Shown here: piece after piece, positions 1 through 9,587 of the stretch
Layout: each line of letters opens with the position of its first letter
Numbering within the stretch: the stretch's first letter is position 1
NCBI GenBank assembly: GCA_964394645.1
Contig: CAYMYC010000001.1
Coordinates: 274,052 to 338,051, forward strand
Length of the DNA stretch: 64,000 nucleotides
Direction: 5' to 3'
Source of the DNA: an uncultured Gammaproteobacteria bacterium
GTDB lineage: Bacteria; Patescibacteriota; Microgenomatia; Levybacterales; GWA1-39-11
The notes under the pieces: generated by a model
Database searches by the model: none
What the model was told of the DNA's origin: nothing
Seen by the model: the letters and a program-made list of their open reading frames with translations, nothing else
Program-made: the position numbers and the translations under genes

Positions 1-36
1 TAAGTAATTGAATTGGTATAATAGGTCTTAGTAAAT

Positions 37-576
37 ATGGGAAAAGATCTTACAAAAATACTTTCAGATGAAGAGTCGCAACTATTATTTAAAGGTCATA
101 GGGAGAAATTTGAGTTTCTTTTAAAAGAAATTGAGAAGTTAAAGGATCCCAAAAACCCTGAGATTTTAACTTTTGCGGCATTTCTCATCGAAATTCAAGA
201 AATTGAATTCCACTTGATGAACCTTATTATAATGGTTAGATCGTCTATGCCAAGAAAACCAGGAGTTGACGTTCGTGAAGACAAAGACACGTATGATATG
301 ACATTGGGACAGATGAAGAATGAGCTTGATAAGTTTGAGGCGCCCTTTTTAGATAATTTAAAAAAATCATTGAGTGAGTTAAACAAGTTACGAAGAAGGT
401 ACGCTCATCATTTATTTAGCGGATTAGATAGTTGGGATAAAGTAATGGATGATGCAAGAAGAGGAATTAAATTGAACGACCAAGTGTTATTGGATATATC
501 TTTAGCCGATAAATACATTAGTGAAAATACAGAGATTGGAAAATTGTTTAATAAGAAAATTGCTGAAAAGCCGTAA
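37..576 (+). CDS. hypothetical protein (charged, helical; no recognisable catalytic motif)
   Basis: Intact 179-aa ORF; no motif I can assign from sequence. Confidence 0.35.
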   Translation: MGKDLTKILSDEESQLLFKGHREKFEFLLKEIEKLKDPKNPEILTFAAFLIEIQEIEFHLMNLIIMVRSSMPRKPGVDVREDKDTYDMTLGQMKNELDKFEAPFLDNLKKSLSELNKLRRRYAHHLFSGLDSWDKVMDDARRGIKLNDQVLLDISLADKYISENTEIGKLFNKKIAEKP

Positions 577-667
577 TTCAAAAATAATCGTAATACCAAA
601 GATTTTGTAATGTATTACAAAATCTCCTAACTAATACTATGAGTCTGATTTATGCTATAATTAACTC

Positions 668-1408
668 ATGAGTACGGATAGTAAAAAGAAATGGTACAAA
701 ACTTGGTGGGGAATTCTTGCAATTATCTTCCTATTTCCTCTCTTTTTGATGTATTTTGCTTCTCGTTTTATTTGGCAACAAAAATGGGAGAAAAAGTACC
801 GCATTATGGCAATTGTTGCCTTGTGGGCAGTTGTACTAATTGGAGGGTCTTTAAATAATGCACAAACACCAAAGTATCAGCCAGTAACTTCACAAGGTTC
901 TTGTATTGGTCCTGACGGTAAACAAATAGGATTAAGTCCTGAGGAGTGTCAGAAGTTTAATAATTCATGGAGGGATCAGCAAGGGGGAACTACCTCAAAC
1001 AACGTTACTCAACCTACTGTAGCTCCTACAAGTACTCCTAAACCAGTTGAAAAGTATGAGATTGTAGTTACTAGTCAAATTGTTAAAAAGGTTGATGGTA
1101 AACACCGCTACTTCTTTGATATACGCAACAAAGACACAAAACCGTTCGAGGGAAACGTAACAATCTCTCTTTTTACGAGCAAGCTTAGTAATCCAATTGC
1201 TGGAGATACCTTCAACACAACCAAAGCTATAGAGCCTGAACTTGGTACATCAGTCTTTACTGACGCAAACACTGGCCCTCAAAGTGTCCACGGCGAAAAC
1301 GGCATTACGAAGTTCAAATATGTAGTCAAAAAAGGTGATAAAACTGTAAAGAGTGGCGAGGGTACAATTACTGATAAGTTTGAAAATATAGAAGCGTATG
1401 ATCTTTAA
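668..1408 (+). CDS. membrane-anchored secreted hypothetical protein
   Basis: N-terminal hydrophobic segments (ILAIIFLFPLFLMYFA, IMAIVALWAVVLIGG) followed by a Thr/Pro-rich linker (TVAPTSTPKP) and a beta-rich C-terminal domain. Confidence 0.4.
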   Translation: MSTDSKKKWYKTWWGILAIIFLFPLFLMYFASRFIWQQKWEKKYRIMAIVALWAVVLIGGSLNNAQTPKYQPVTSQGSCIGPDGKQIGLSPEECQKFNNSWRDQQGGTTSNNVTQPTVAPTSTPKPVEKYEIVVTSQIVKKVDGKHRYFFDIRNKDTKPFEGNVTISLFTSKLSNPIAGDTFNTTKAIEPELGTSVFTDANTGPQSVHGENGITKFKYVVKKGDKTVKSGEGTITDKFENIEAYDL

Positions 1409-1578
1409 TCTATCCTTCTTTTACCTCTATCACTTTTAAGTATTCTCATCTCTGTATCTAGATCCTTTTCAAAGTCATCCAGTCCTTATTTTATTACATA
1501 ACAAAATGTTGGTAAATTTCATAAATTCTCATAGAATTTTATAATTTATATCCTGTAAAGTGTAAATTTGTAGCTAAA

Positions 1579-3900
1579 ATGATACAATCAGTATTAATTA
1601 TGACGAAATTACCTTTTAAAGTATCCGCTAGAACAGCAAGGCTAATTGGTCGAGAGAACGTCAGTAACGCTGATGGAGCACTAATAGAACTTATTAAGAA
1701 CGCCTATGACGCAGATGCTACTCAGGTATCTGTGATATTTGATGGTGATGATTTGTTTATTATCGATAATGGTCACGGTATGACGGAAGAAATAATTCGG
1801 AATTCATGGATGACCATTGGAACCAATAATAAAGAGCTTGAGCCTTACTCACCTGATCATAGAATAAAGGCAGGGGCAAAAGGGATTGGCAGATTTGCGC
1901 TAGATAGACTTGGTAAAACAGTTGAGATGTTCACTCTACCGAAAGGACAAACTACAGGATTTTTGTGGACTGTAGATTGGAGTGATTTTGAAAAAAGTAG
2001 TGCAACAGTAAATGATGTCAATGCAAATCTAGAAGAGATAGTAAAGCTAAACATAGATCAAAAATTGCCTCATAAAATACTGGATGATCGAAAAATTAAG
2101 CTGAAATTTCCAGACGGTGGAACAATACTTAAGATATCAGCATTACGAGACCCGTGGACAAAAGAAGCGCTTTATGGGCTTTTCAGAGGGATGGAATCAT
2201 TAGTTCCTGTTTTAGAAGATGATTCTTTTTCTATAATTTTACTTTCATCTAGGTATAACGATGAATTTGGAGCAGTTAAGCCTTTAATAAATGATGATTA
2301 TGACTATAAAATGCAGGCAAAATATGACTCAGAAATTGGTAAGGTCTCAATAAAAATTGAACGAAACGAATTTGATTTATCTCAAATCGAAAAGAAATTT
2401 GCGGGTGTGTTTGATAATCCTTTAATGAAGGACTTTCCTTATGACTTAACTACTTTCAAAAAAGGTGAATTTACACAGATTTATACTACACAGGAAATAA
2501 TGAAAGGATCCGAAGATTTAAGTACTCCTTTAAAGATGATAGGAGATTTCATTTTCACGCTTTCTTTTGCAAAAAACACATCTCCAGAAAAAGACTCTGG
2601 AAAGTATCCGTATAAAAACGCGAACTATAAACTGAGAAGCGATTGGTTGAAAAAATTTGGAGGAATAAAAATATATAGAGATAACTTTAGGGTTAGACCA
2701 TATGGGGAATCTGGGGAAGATTGGCTAAAATTAGGAGAAAGGGCTGCTCAAAGTCCAGCTGGTCCCGGTCAAGGTCTAGGAGGGTACAAAATTAGACCAA
2801 ACCAAGTCGTAGGATCAATTGCCATATCACGCATACACAATAAGGGGTTAGAAGATAAATCAAGCAGAGAAGGGATTGTTGAAAATGAAGTATTTAATGC
2901 GTTCAAAGAACTGATTTTGAAAATAATTTCAGTATTAGAAAAAGATCGCAATACTATTTTTGTCTCCTTTTCTAAACTTTACGAACAGACAAGTGAAAAT
3001 GAAAGGATAAAAAGAGAAGCTCAAGAAGCTGCTGCTAGAATAGCTGAAAAGATAAAAAAAGATAACGGAACTCCACCTTTCTTTGAAGATCCAGATTTAA
3101 AGGACGATGCTGCAAAAGTTACGAAGGCTTTTAAGGTTTTAGAAGATGAAATTGTAGAAAAAAACGAAGAGAATAAAATACTTAGAAGCTTAGCAAGTGC
3201 TGGATTAATAACAGCAGCCGTTACACATGAACTACGAGGACTAGAAAATGTACTACTAACAAGAAATGATGAACTGAGAGGGCTTATTAAGCCGTACATA
3301 AAAGATGATCAGCTTAAAGAGGTTAATGCTGCCTATAATCCCTTTGTTTTATTAGATGAAATGAAGAAAACAGATACTGACCTTCATGAATGGATAAGTT
3401 ATGCCTTAACTCCACTTAAGAAAGATAAGCGAGATAAAAAAATAATAGTTTTGAGGAATTATTTTGAAGACTTGTATAGCATGTGGAAATATATACTAAA
3501 CGAAAGAAAAATATCTTTTGCTTGTGATAACTTTGATGAGAAATTTGCAATAACAGCATATCTAATAGATCTAGATACTATTTTTAACAATTTAATAATT
3601 AATTCAATAGAATCTTTTTCAAAAAAGAAAGATAGTCATGAAAGAAGTATCAAGATTTCATGTGTAAAAGATAAGGAATACTACAAAATAACGTACTCTG
3701 ATAATGGTATTGGACTTCACAGTACATATAGTAAAAACCCAAATGATATATTCGCTGCTCAAGAGACTACAAAAAAAGACGGTACTGGTATGGGTATGTA
3801 TTTGGTTAAAAGTGTTGTAGACGAAAATAAGGGAAAAATTAATTTATTGTCTCCAAAAGAAGGATTTTCTCTATCTATATCTATGCCTATTAAGGAATAA
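1579..3900 (+). CDS. dual GHKL-domain histidine-kinase-like ATPase (N-terminal Bergerat-fold ATPase plus C-terminal H-box and HATPase_c)
   Basis: N-terminal N-box ELIKNAYDADAT and G1-box DNGHGM. In the C-terminal half, an H-box-like THELRG after a coiled-coil region, then a second N/G1/G2 set (NLIINSIESF, DNGIGL, GTGMGMYL) typical of sensor histidine kinases. Confidence 0.6.
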   Translation: MIQSVLIMTKLPFKVSARTARLIGRENVSNADGALIELIKNAYDADATQVSVIFDGDDLFIIDNGHGMTEEIIRNSWMTIGTNNKELEPYSPDHRIKAGAKGIGRFALDRLGKTVEMFTLPKGQTTGFLWTVDWSDFEKSSATVNDVNANLEEIVKLNIDQKLPHKILDDRKIKLKFPDGGTILKISALRDPWTKEALYGLFRGMESLVPVLEDDSFSIILLSSRYNDEFGAVKPLINDDYDYKMQAKYDSEIGKVSIKIERNEFDLSQIEKKFAGVFDNPLMKDFPYDLTTFKKGEFTQIYTTQEIMKGSEDLSTPLKMIGDFIFTLSFAKNTSPEKDSGKYPYKNANYKLRSDWLKKFGGIKIYRDNFRVRPYGESGEDWLKLGERAAQSPAGPGQGLGGYKIRPNQVVGSIAISRIHNKGLEDKSSREGIVENEVFNAFKELILKIISVLEKDRNTIFVSFSKLYEQTSENERIKREAQEAAARIAEKIKKDNGTPPFFEDPDLKDDAAKVTKAFKVLEDEIVEKNEENKILRSLASAGLITAAVTHELRGLENVLLTRNDELRGLIKPYIKDDQLKEVNAAYNPFVLLDEMKKTDTDLHEWISYALTPLKKDKRDKKIIVLRNYFEDLYSMWKYILNERKISFACDNFDEKFAITAYLIDLDTIFNNLIINSIESFSKKKDSHERSIKISCVKDKEYYKITYSDNGIGLHSTYSKNPNDIFAAQETTKKDGTGMGMYLVKSVVDENKGKINLLSPKEGFSLSISMPIKE

Positions 3901-3903
3901 ATT

Positions 3904-4551
3904 ATGATGTACAAAATTTTTTATATTGATGAAGATAAAGCGGCAGTACACAGATTAACAAGATCTCTTGGCACTGATTTTGAAATTATAGAAGGCTTTT
4001 CGGATGGTATTACCCTTGAAACACTTACCCCCATATTAGACGAAAAGGACTTTGATTTTTTGCTAGTTGATTCAAACTTAAATGAGAAAAGTGGTTGCGG
4101 ATTTAACGGCGAAGATGTGATTGGGTATTTCACAAAGAAATTTCCTCACTTTCCTGTCATGCTCTTCACTAACTATGATGATCAGGTCGTATCAGAGATC
4201 GAAAATTTTGACATTAACAAAATTTACAGTAAACGAGAGTTGATAGAAGAGGAAGCGAAGAATGTATTTATAATGAGAATCAATAGAATTATTAATGAGT
4301 ATAAGCTATCAGTAGAAGCAGCTGAAAGAAAAATAGTAGAGTTAGTTGAAAAAAATAAATCGGGGAAAACATTAACAGCTATTGAAGAGCAGGAGCTCAT
4401 TCAGCTAGATGCATACCTGGATGAAGTACAGGATGCAGATGTCACCCGCATCCCAGAACAAATAAAAGCATCAAATGCAAATAAAATAGATGAGCTATTA
4501 AGTAAAACTGACAACTTAATTGAGAGACTTCAAAAGTATGAGAGTATTTAG
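3904..4551 (+). CDS. receiver (REC)-like domain protein with C-terminal coiled-coil extension
   Basis: Starts 4 nt after the kinase-like gene. The N-terminal ~120 aa have a response-regulator-like pattern (hydrophobic strand then acidic YIDEDK, a second strand ending LLVDSNL, VMLFTNYDD); the C-terminal ~90 aa are charged and helical. Confidence 0.45.
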   Translation: MMYKIFYIDEDKAAVHRLTRSLGTDFEIIEGFSDGITLETLTPILDEKDFDFLLVDSNLNEKSGCGFNGEDVIGYFTKKFPHFPVMLFTNYDDQVVSEIENFDINKIYSKRELIEEEAKNVFIMRINRIINEYKLSVEAAERKIVELVEKNKSGKTLTAIEEQELIQLDAYLDEVQDADVTRIPEQIKASNANKIDELLSKTDNLIERLQKYESI

Positions 4552-5179
4552 ATCTAAACATCCAAAACGAACTTATTCGGGTACTCCAAAAAAACATTAT
4601 TCTGAATACAGAGAAGAATTGAGAAGTGATTTTAACGGAAGGTGTGCATATACAGATTGCGTAGATGTATGGTGGGGGGATGGATTTCACGTTGATCATT
4701 TTGCTCCAAAAAAACCGGATATCGCTGATCCTGATAAACTCAAAAAATTTAAAGAAAGAGAACATTTATACACTAATCTTGTATACGCATGCCCTCAAGT
4801 TAACCGAGCAAAAAGCAATGATTGGGTTTCTGATGATCCAGATATAGCATTTCTGGCAGATAGAGGGTACTTAGACCCATGCGAGGTTGATTATAATGAT
4901 TACTTTGAAAGAACTGACGCAGGTGGAATTGTCCCAAAGGAAAATCCTGTAGCAAAATATATGTGGGTTACATTAAAACTGTACCTAAAAAGGTATGAAT
5001 TGTATTGGCGGATAGAACAAATTACTTTAAGACTGCAAAGACTAATTAAGTTAAGAGGGAATATATCTCTTCCAGCCCCTATTAAGGCAGAGATTGACGG
5101 AAGCATAGCAGACTTAACAGAGGAATATATGAGATACCTAAATTACTTAAATGTAAACTATTTACAGTTAGTCAGATAG
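4520..5179 (+). CDS. HNH endonuclease domain protein
   Basis: HNH signature: CAYTDC ... HVDHFAPK ... YACPQVNRAKSND (His-Asn-His metal finger). The ORF overlaps the preceding REC-like ORF by 32 nt in a different frame. Confidence 0.55.
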   Translation: MRDFKSMRVFRSKHPKRTYSGTPKKHYSEYREELRSDFNGRCAYTDCVDVWWGDGFHVDHFAPKKPDIADPDKLKKFKEREHLYTNLVYACPQVNRAKSNDWVSDDPDIAFLADRGYLDPCEVDYNDYFERTDAGGIVPKENPVAKYMWVTLKLYLKRYELYWRIEQITLRLQRLIKLRGNISLPAPIKAEIDGSIADLTEEYMRYLNYLNVNYLQLVR

Positions 5180-5264
5180 ACTACCTCTATACACATTTTG
5201 CCTGCAGACAGGACATAACAATTGTTATACAATTTTACTTAGTACCCTTAGTAGAGCTCTAAAA

Positions 5265-6557
5265 ATGAAAAAATCTAACACTGTCCTAGATAATGGCTGG
5301 AAAGTAAAAATTGGATTCTATCCCACTCCTGATAATTTGGTAGATCAATTTGCGCAATATACTTTCGACTTCTATAAAGATCATAATTCTAACAATGAAA
5401 TAAAATTACTTGATTTGTTTGCTGGTGATGGACGTTTAGGTTATTCTGTAAAGAATTACTTTTCTCAAAATAAATATACCACTAAGCGTACATATCTTGA
5501 AATACAACAAGATGAAATAAGGAAAATTATACAAAAGGAAAAAAAAGCAACAATTATCAATGTAAATGCTTTTGAATGGAGACCTAACGAGAAATTTGAC
5601 TTAGTTGTTTCTAATCCCCCATATTTAATTTTGAATTCCCCTGAAGCAAAAAAACTAGGATTTGACTGGGAGTATGTTAAAAAACATGGTAGAAATCTAT
5701 ATACATTGGGTATTATAAAAGCTTTGGAGTTATGTAAAGAAGGTGGAATAGTAGCTGTAATATCTCCTTTTAGTTGGTTGCGAGGAGAATTTAGTCATGT
5801 ATTTAGAAAAGAGATAAATTCTTTATGCAAGGAGGTCTTAATTCGAGCTAACGATCATAGAACCATTTTTAAAGGGGTAAATCAGGACATTGGAATACAA
5901 TTTTTTGTAAAGCGCACACAGATGGATACGTCTATTACTAAATGGATGTTTGGTTATAACGGATTTGAACCCCAAAAGATTCCATTCAAAAGAATGGATG
6001 AGTTGAATGGACTTAAAATCAAATTAGATTCACGTATTATGGTAGGACCTGTGGTTTGGAATAGAAATAAGCAATATCTATCTAAGAAACTCTCAGGTAC
6101 GACGTTAGTTATTTATGGAGGGAATATAACCCATAGTGGAAAATTAGATATAAAAGTAGAACGATATAAAGAAAAACAATACATTGCTAACTCTGCTTTA
6201 CCAAAAACCTCACTTTTTGAGTCTCCTCTAATTTTAATTCGAAGAGTTATGCGAGGGATTCCTGGAAATTGGCAGATTGATTCTTGTCTTATTGAGAAAC
6301 CATTCAAATGCACAGTAGAAAATCACGTTATTGTTATAGAAATTCCGAGTGGGAAAATAGATTCTTACAAGCATTTCTATCAGAAGCTAATGAGTAAAAT
6401 AAAAGAGTATTATTATTTCTCTGGAAGCCCTTCAATTAGTGGTAAAGTAGTTAAACGATTAATAAGTGAACTTGAAAATGAATATAACTATGAAGTTAAG
6501 AAGATATTTGAAAAAAACAATATGACGGATGCATCATCAATGGACTTATTAATATAG
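5265..6557 (+). CDS. N6-adenine DNA methyltransferase (amino-MTase with C-terminal extension)
   Basis: Motif I-like LDLFAGDG followed by motif IV VVSNPPY (order I then IV), plus a ~200-aa C-terminal domain that could act as a target-recognition domain. Confidence 0.6.
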   Translation: MKKSNTVLDNGWKVKIGFYPTPDNLVDQFAQYTFDFYKDHNSNNEIKLLDLFAGDGRLGYSVKNYFSQNKYTTKRTYLEIQQDEIRKIIQKEKKATIINVNAFEWRPNEKFDLVVSNPPYLILNSPEAKKLGFDWEYVKKHGRNLYTLGIIKALELCKEGGIVAVISPFSWLRGEFSHVFRKEINSLCKEVLIRANDHRTIFKGVNQDIGIQFFVKRTQMDTSITKWMFGYNGFEPQKIPFKRMDELNGLKIKLDSRIMVGPVVWNRNKQYLSKKLSGTTLVIYGGNITHSGKLDIKVERYKEKQYIANSALPKTSLFESPLILIRRVMRGIPGNWQIDSCLIEKPFKCTVENHVIVIEIPSGKIDSYKHFYQKLMSKIKEYYYFSGSPSISGKVVKRLISELENEYNYEVKKIFEKNNMTDASSMDLLI

Positions 6558-6858
6558 CAAGTACTCCGAAAACTATTTACATAAATGAAGCTATTCTTCT
6601 TGAAATGGACACAGTTTTAGGAGCAAAAATGCTTCTTTTAGAACTGCAACATATTTCATATCCTAGCCTAACGTTCCATAGTGCGATTTGACGTATCTAA
6701 AGTTAAGACTTGACACAATGTGCGTAATTTATTAAAATCCCTAATCAACAAGATCCTACAAGGTTAGGAATTAATTATTTTGTGTATCTAGCTATATATA
6801 GACTAGGGCTTTAGAGGAAAACTCTTAGAAATGCCAGCAAACCACACAGTTGCTGGCT

Positions 6859-7017
6859 ATGAGTAAAAATTCAATAACATTAAAACAAGCCCGAAAACTC
6901 CTCGGAAAAATTGCAGAGAATATCTCAGACGAAGAACTAGAAAAAGAGATAAAAGTTGCAGAACTCCTCAAGGCTATTTATTTTAATACCGCTTTAGGTC
7001 AAAATAAAGGGAAATAA
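6859..7017 (+). CDS. small (52 aa) helical protein translationally coupled to the serine recombinase; possible recombination directionality factor or regulator
   Basis: ATG at 6859, and the stop TAA overlaps the recombinase ATG (TAATG). It is below the 60-aa cutoff of the ORF track. An inverted repeat CCAGCAA-N9-TTGCTGG (6845-6867) lies just upstream. Confidence 0.3.
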   Translation: MSKNSITLKQARKLLGKIAENISDEELEKEIKVAELLKAIYFNTALGQNKGK

Positions 7018-8573
7018 TGGAAAAGATTGCATCAACTATTCAAAAACTTAGAGCTGTCATTTATATTCGGGTTTCCGACCAGAGCCAGATTGATAACAAT
7101 AGTCTTGAAACTCAACTCAAGGCTTGTAATACTTTTGCAGAAAGTAACAGTTATGAAGTAGTCAAGGTATTTAGAGAAGAAGGTGTATCAGCAAAGCATA
7201 CCCATAATCGTCCTCAAATGCGTGAGCTTCTTGAATTTTGCACCTTAAAGAAAAATAGAGTTTCTGGAGTTATAGTCTACAAGATGGATAGATGGTCAAG
7301 AAACGTAGAGGAAGGACTCCTGGCAGAGTCTCTCCTTGCAAAATATGGTGTAGCAATTCTTCCAGCAACTGAAATAACAGAACAAAACCCAATAGGCAGA
7401 GCAGTAAGAACAATCTTAATGACAATGGGGCAGTTGGATAATGAATTAAAGGGTGCAAGAGTTAAGGACAATATGCAAGCAATGTTTCGTAAGGGCTTTT
7501 GGTGTTGGAAACCCCGTATGGGATACAAACGACCCTTCAAAACAAAAGAAGAAAATAAAGGTAAGCCCATGATATTTGATGGGAAGTTAAGTGAAATTAT
7601 TAGGGCATTATTTATAAAAGCGGCAGAAGCACCAGTTAGTAAAAAATACTTAGCTGACTATATAAATAAACTAGGATTTAAATCTGCATATGGTAAAGAA
7701 GCTGATGGAAGAACAGTATCAAGAATACTGAAAGACACTTTTTATTATGGATATATGTACGGCAAGAAATGGAATGAGTATGCGTGGGGAAAGCATAAAT
7801 CTTTAACAGATCAACCTACATGGGAAAGAGCTAGCTTAAATGTATTTGGGAGAAAAGGTAAATACAAACACCAAGATAGTGCGTTGTACGTATTAAAGGG
7901 GAGCTTAAAGTGTTCTAGTTGCGATAATCCATTAACTACGAGCAATCCAAGAGGAACAAGTAGAAATTACCTTTATTATGAATGTCATAACAGCCGTTGT
8001 GACAAGAAAATGAGAATAGGATTAGACGTAGCACATAGTGAGTTTGTTGAGATATTAAAATCAATTAGACCATCAGAACGAGTCTTAAGAATTTTCAGCC
8101 ATTTAGTTTTTACTGAATGGGATAAAAGTATTGCCGACAAAAAGCGTGAGGCAGATTTGCTAGACAGCCAAATAAAAAACTTGGAAGGAAAGTTAACCGC
8201 AATCGCAGAAAGTAACGCTAAAGGTATTCTCACAGACAAGGAAGCACAAGTAGGTGCTGAGAGTATTAGAAAAGATGTTACTATTTTCAGAATTGAGCGT
8301 GCCGATATTCGAATAGAACAATATAGTGAAGAGGCTGTTAGAAATTTCGTAGAAAACTTTTTAGTTCATTTGGATAAGTTGTGGATGCAAATCGAGTTGT
8401 CACACAAACAAGCGTTACAAAGTGAGATATTTCCTGATGGTTTAGTTGCCGAAAACAGAAAAATTCGAATTGTTAATTTAGCAAGTACCTTCAAGCTAAT
8501 TCAGACATTAGGAGATGAGAATGTTGATTTGGTGAGCCAAACGGGTTTGGAACCAGATAGGCCTTATAACTGA
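7017..8573 (+). CDS. large serine recombinase (resolvase/invertase catalytic domain plus recombinase and zinc-ribbon domains)
   Basis: N-terminal VIYIRVSDQSQ with the catalytic Ser in a resolvase-type motif, a mid recombinase domain, a Cys-rich zinc ribbon (CSSCDNPL ... YYECHNSRC) and a C-terminal coiled coil. Confidence 0.8.
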   Translation: MEKIASTIQKLRAVIYIRVSDQSQIDNNSLETQLKACNTFAESNSYEVVKVFREEGVSAKHTHNRPQMRELLEFCTLKKNRVSGVIVYKMDRWSRNVEEGLLAESLLAKYGVAILPATEITEQNPIGRAVRTILMTMGQLDNELKGARVKDNMQAMFRKGFWCWKPRMGYKRPFKTKEENKGKPMIFDGKLSEIIRALFIKAAEAPVSKKYLADYINKLGFKSAYGKEADGRTVSRILKDTFYYGYMYGKKWNEYAWGKHKSLTDQPTWERASLNVFGRKGKYKHQDSALYVLKGSLKCSSCDNPLTTSNPRGTSRNYLYYECHNSRCDKKMRIGLDVAHSEFVEILKSIRPSERVLRIFSHLVFTEWDKSIADKKREADLLDSQIKNLEGKLTAIAESNAKGILTDKEAQVGAESIRKDVTIFRIERADIRIEQYSEEAVRNFVENFLVHLDKLWMQIELSHKQALQSEIFPDGLVAENRKIRIVNLASTFKLIQTLGDENVDLVSQTGLEPDRPYN

Positions 8574-8740
8574 CATTTTACATCCTTATAGCACCCCAGA
8601 GCAAATGTCTCACACCTGTGGCTAAATAAGACAAATGAGACAGTATAAAAAGGAATGTTCCAAAATCTTCTGACATAGTTTGATATAGTCCTTAGTTTTC
8701 CAGGGTAAATATTGTAAAATTGGGTGATTCTGCCTGATTT

Positions 8741-9313
8741 ATGGCAGAGGTAAAGACTCGTTTAACATTAAAGAAAATAAGGCTTGTCCTATTTACTCGT
8801 TCCTATGCGAACTATCGCGTATCTCAGGAGATAAAAAGGAAATATAAACTAGATAATAAATTAACACCTAAAGAATTGCGAATGAATTACTTCAAGAAAA
8901 GAGCAATACCGGAAATAGCAAGACTGTCCCATGCGCTAAATCTTGCCTACAACCCCTTATGGGGGTCATTACTTCTCAATAAAACTCCGCCACTTAATAA
9001 GAAAATGCCGGATAGTGAGAAAATAAAGGCATATCTTGCGATTGAACGTGAATTAATCCTACTTTCAGAAACAAAAAAGAACAAATCAAGCCAATTTTTT
9101 GATCCAGATTATGATCAGGAATTTGCGATACTTTCAGTTGCAATTGAAAGAGCTGTAGGAAATAAACTTATAGATATTGAGGACGATTCTGCATTTGGAC
9201 ATCAACAAGAAATCCTACAAAAACTATACTTAAGATGGTATTACAAAGTGGCGTGGAAGTATAAGCTCCCGACTACGAGAATAGTACCATTTGTAATTAG
9301 ATTAATTAGCTGA
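8741..9313 (+). CDS. hypothetical protein
   Basis: Intact ORF; basic N-terminus; no motif recognised. Confidence 0.3.
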   Translation: MAEVKTRLTLKKIRLVLFTRSYANYRVSQEIKRKYKLDNKLTPKELRMNYFKKRAIPEIARLSHALNLAYNPLWGSLLLNKTPPLNKKMPDSEKIKAYLAIERELILLSETKKNKSSQFFDPDYDQEFAILSVAIERAVGNKLIDIEDDSAFGHQQEILQKLYLRWYYKVAWKYKLPTTRIVPFVIRLIS

Positions 9314-9577
9314 TTCCCAGAATTCGTATTCTGAACCATCCTTAAAGTTTTTATCGTCAATCATTCTTTTAACCCTGACTAAACCTTTTTGCTCTAAGGA
9401 ATCAGTAACGTTTGTAGTCATTGATCTTGCTTCAGTTCCAGATATTTTTTCCCAAACACTAAAGACTTTCTGGTCGTCTTTCCAAACTCCCAGAAATACT
9501 TGAGTATTATCGCCGGTCTTTGGTTGAGGATGAATCTCAATCCTATATTCTTTATAATTTTCTTCTTTCAATTTCAC
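9302..9577 (-). CDS. hypothetical small protein (last gene of a five-gene minus-strand operon)
   Basis: 91-aa ORF, 10 nt downstream of the preceding minus-strand gene. Confidence 0.35.
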   Translation of the reverse strand: MKLKEENYKEYRIEIHPQPKTGDNTQVFLGVWKDDQKVFSVWEKISGTEARSMTTNVTDSLEQKGLVRVKRMIDDKNFKDGSEYEFWESAN

Positions 9578-9587
9578 ACACCTCCTT

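Noticed and set aside
1509-1545. Sigma70-like promoter (TTGGTA ... TATAAT) upstream of the kinase-like gene
   Set aside because: The spacer between the candidate -35 and -10 is about 25 nt, too long for a canonical promoter. The real promoter is probably elsewhere in this AT-rich leader.
1857-3299. Several 60-100-aa antisense ORFs inside the kinase-like gene, with similar shadow ORFs inside other long genes throughout the track
   Set aside because: Each is entirely embedded on the opposite strand of a well-supported longer CDS. They have low-complexity S/F/L-rich translations typical of AT-rich shadow frames, and no independent signals.
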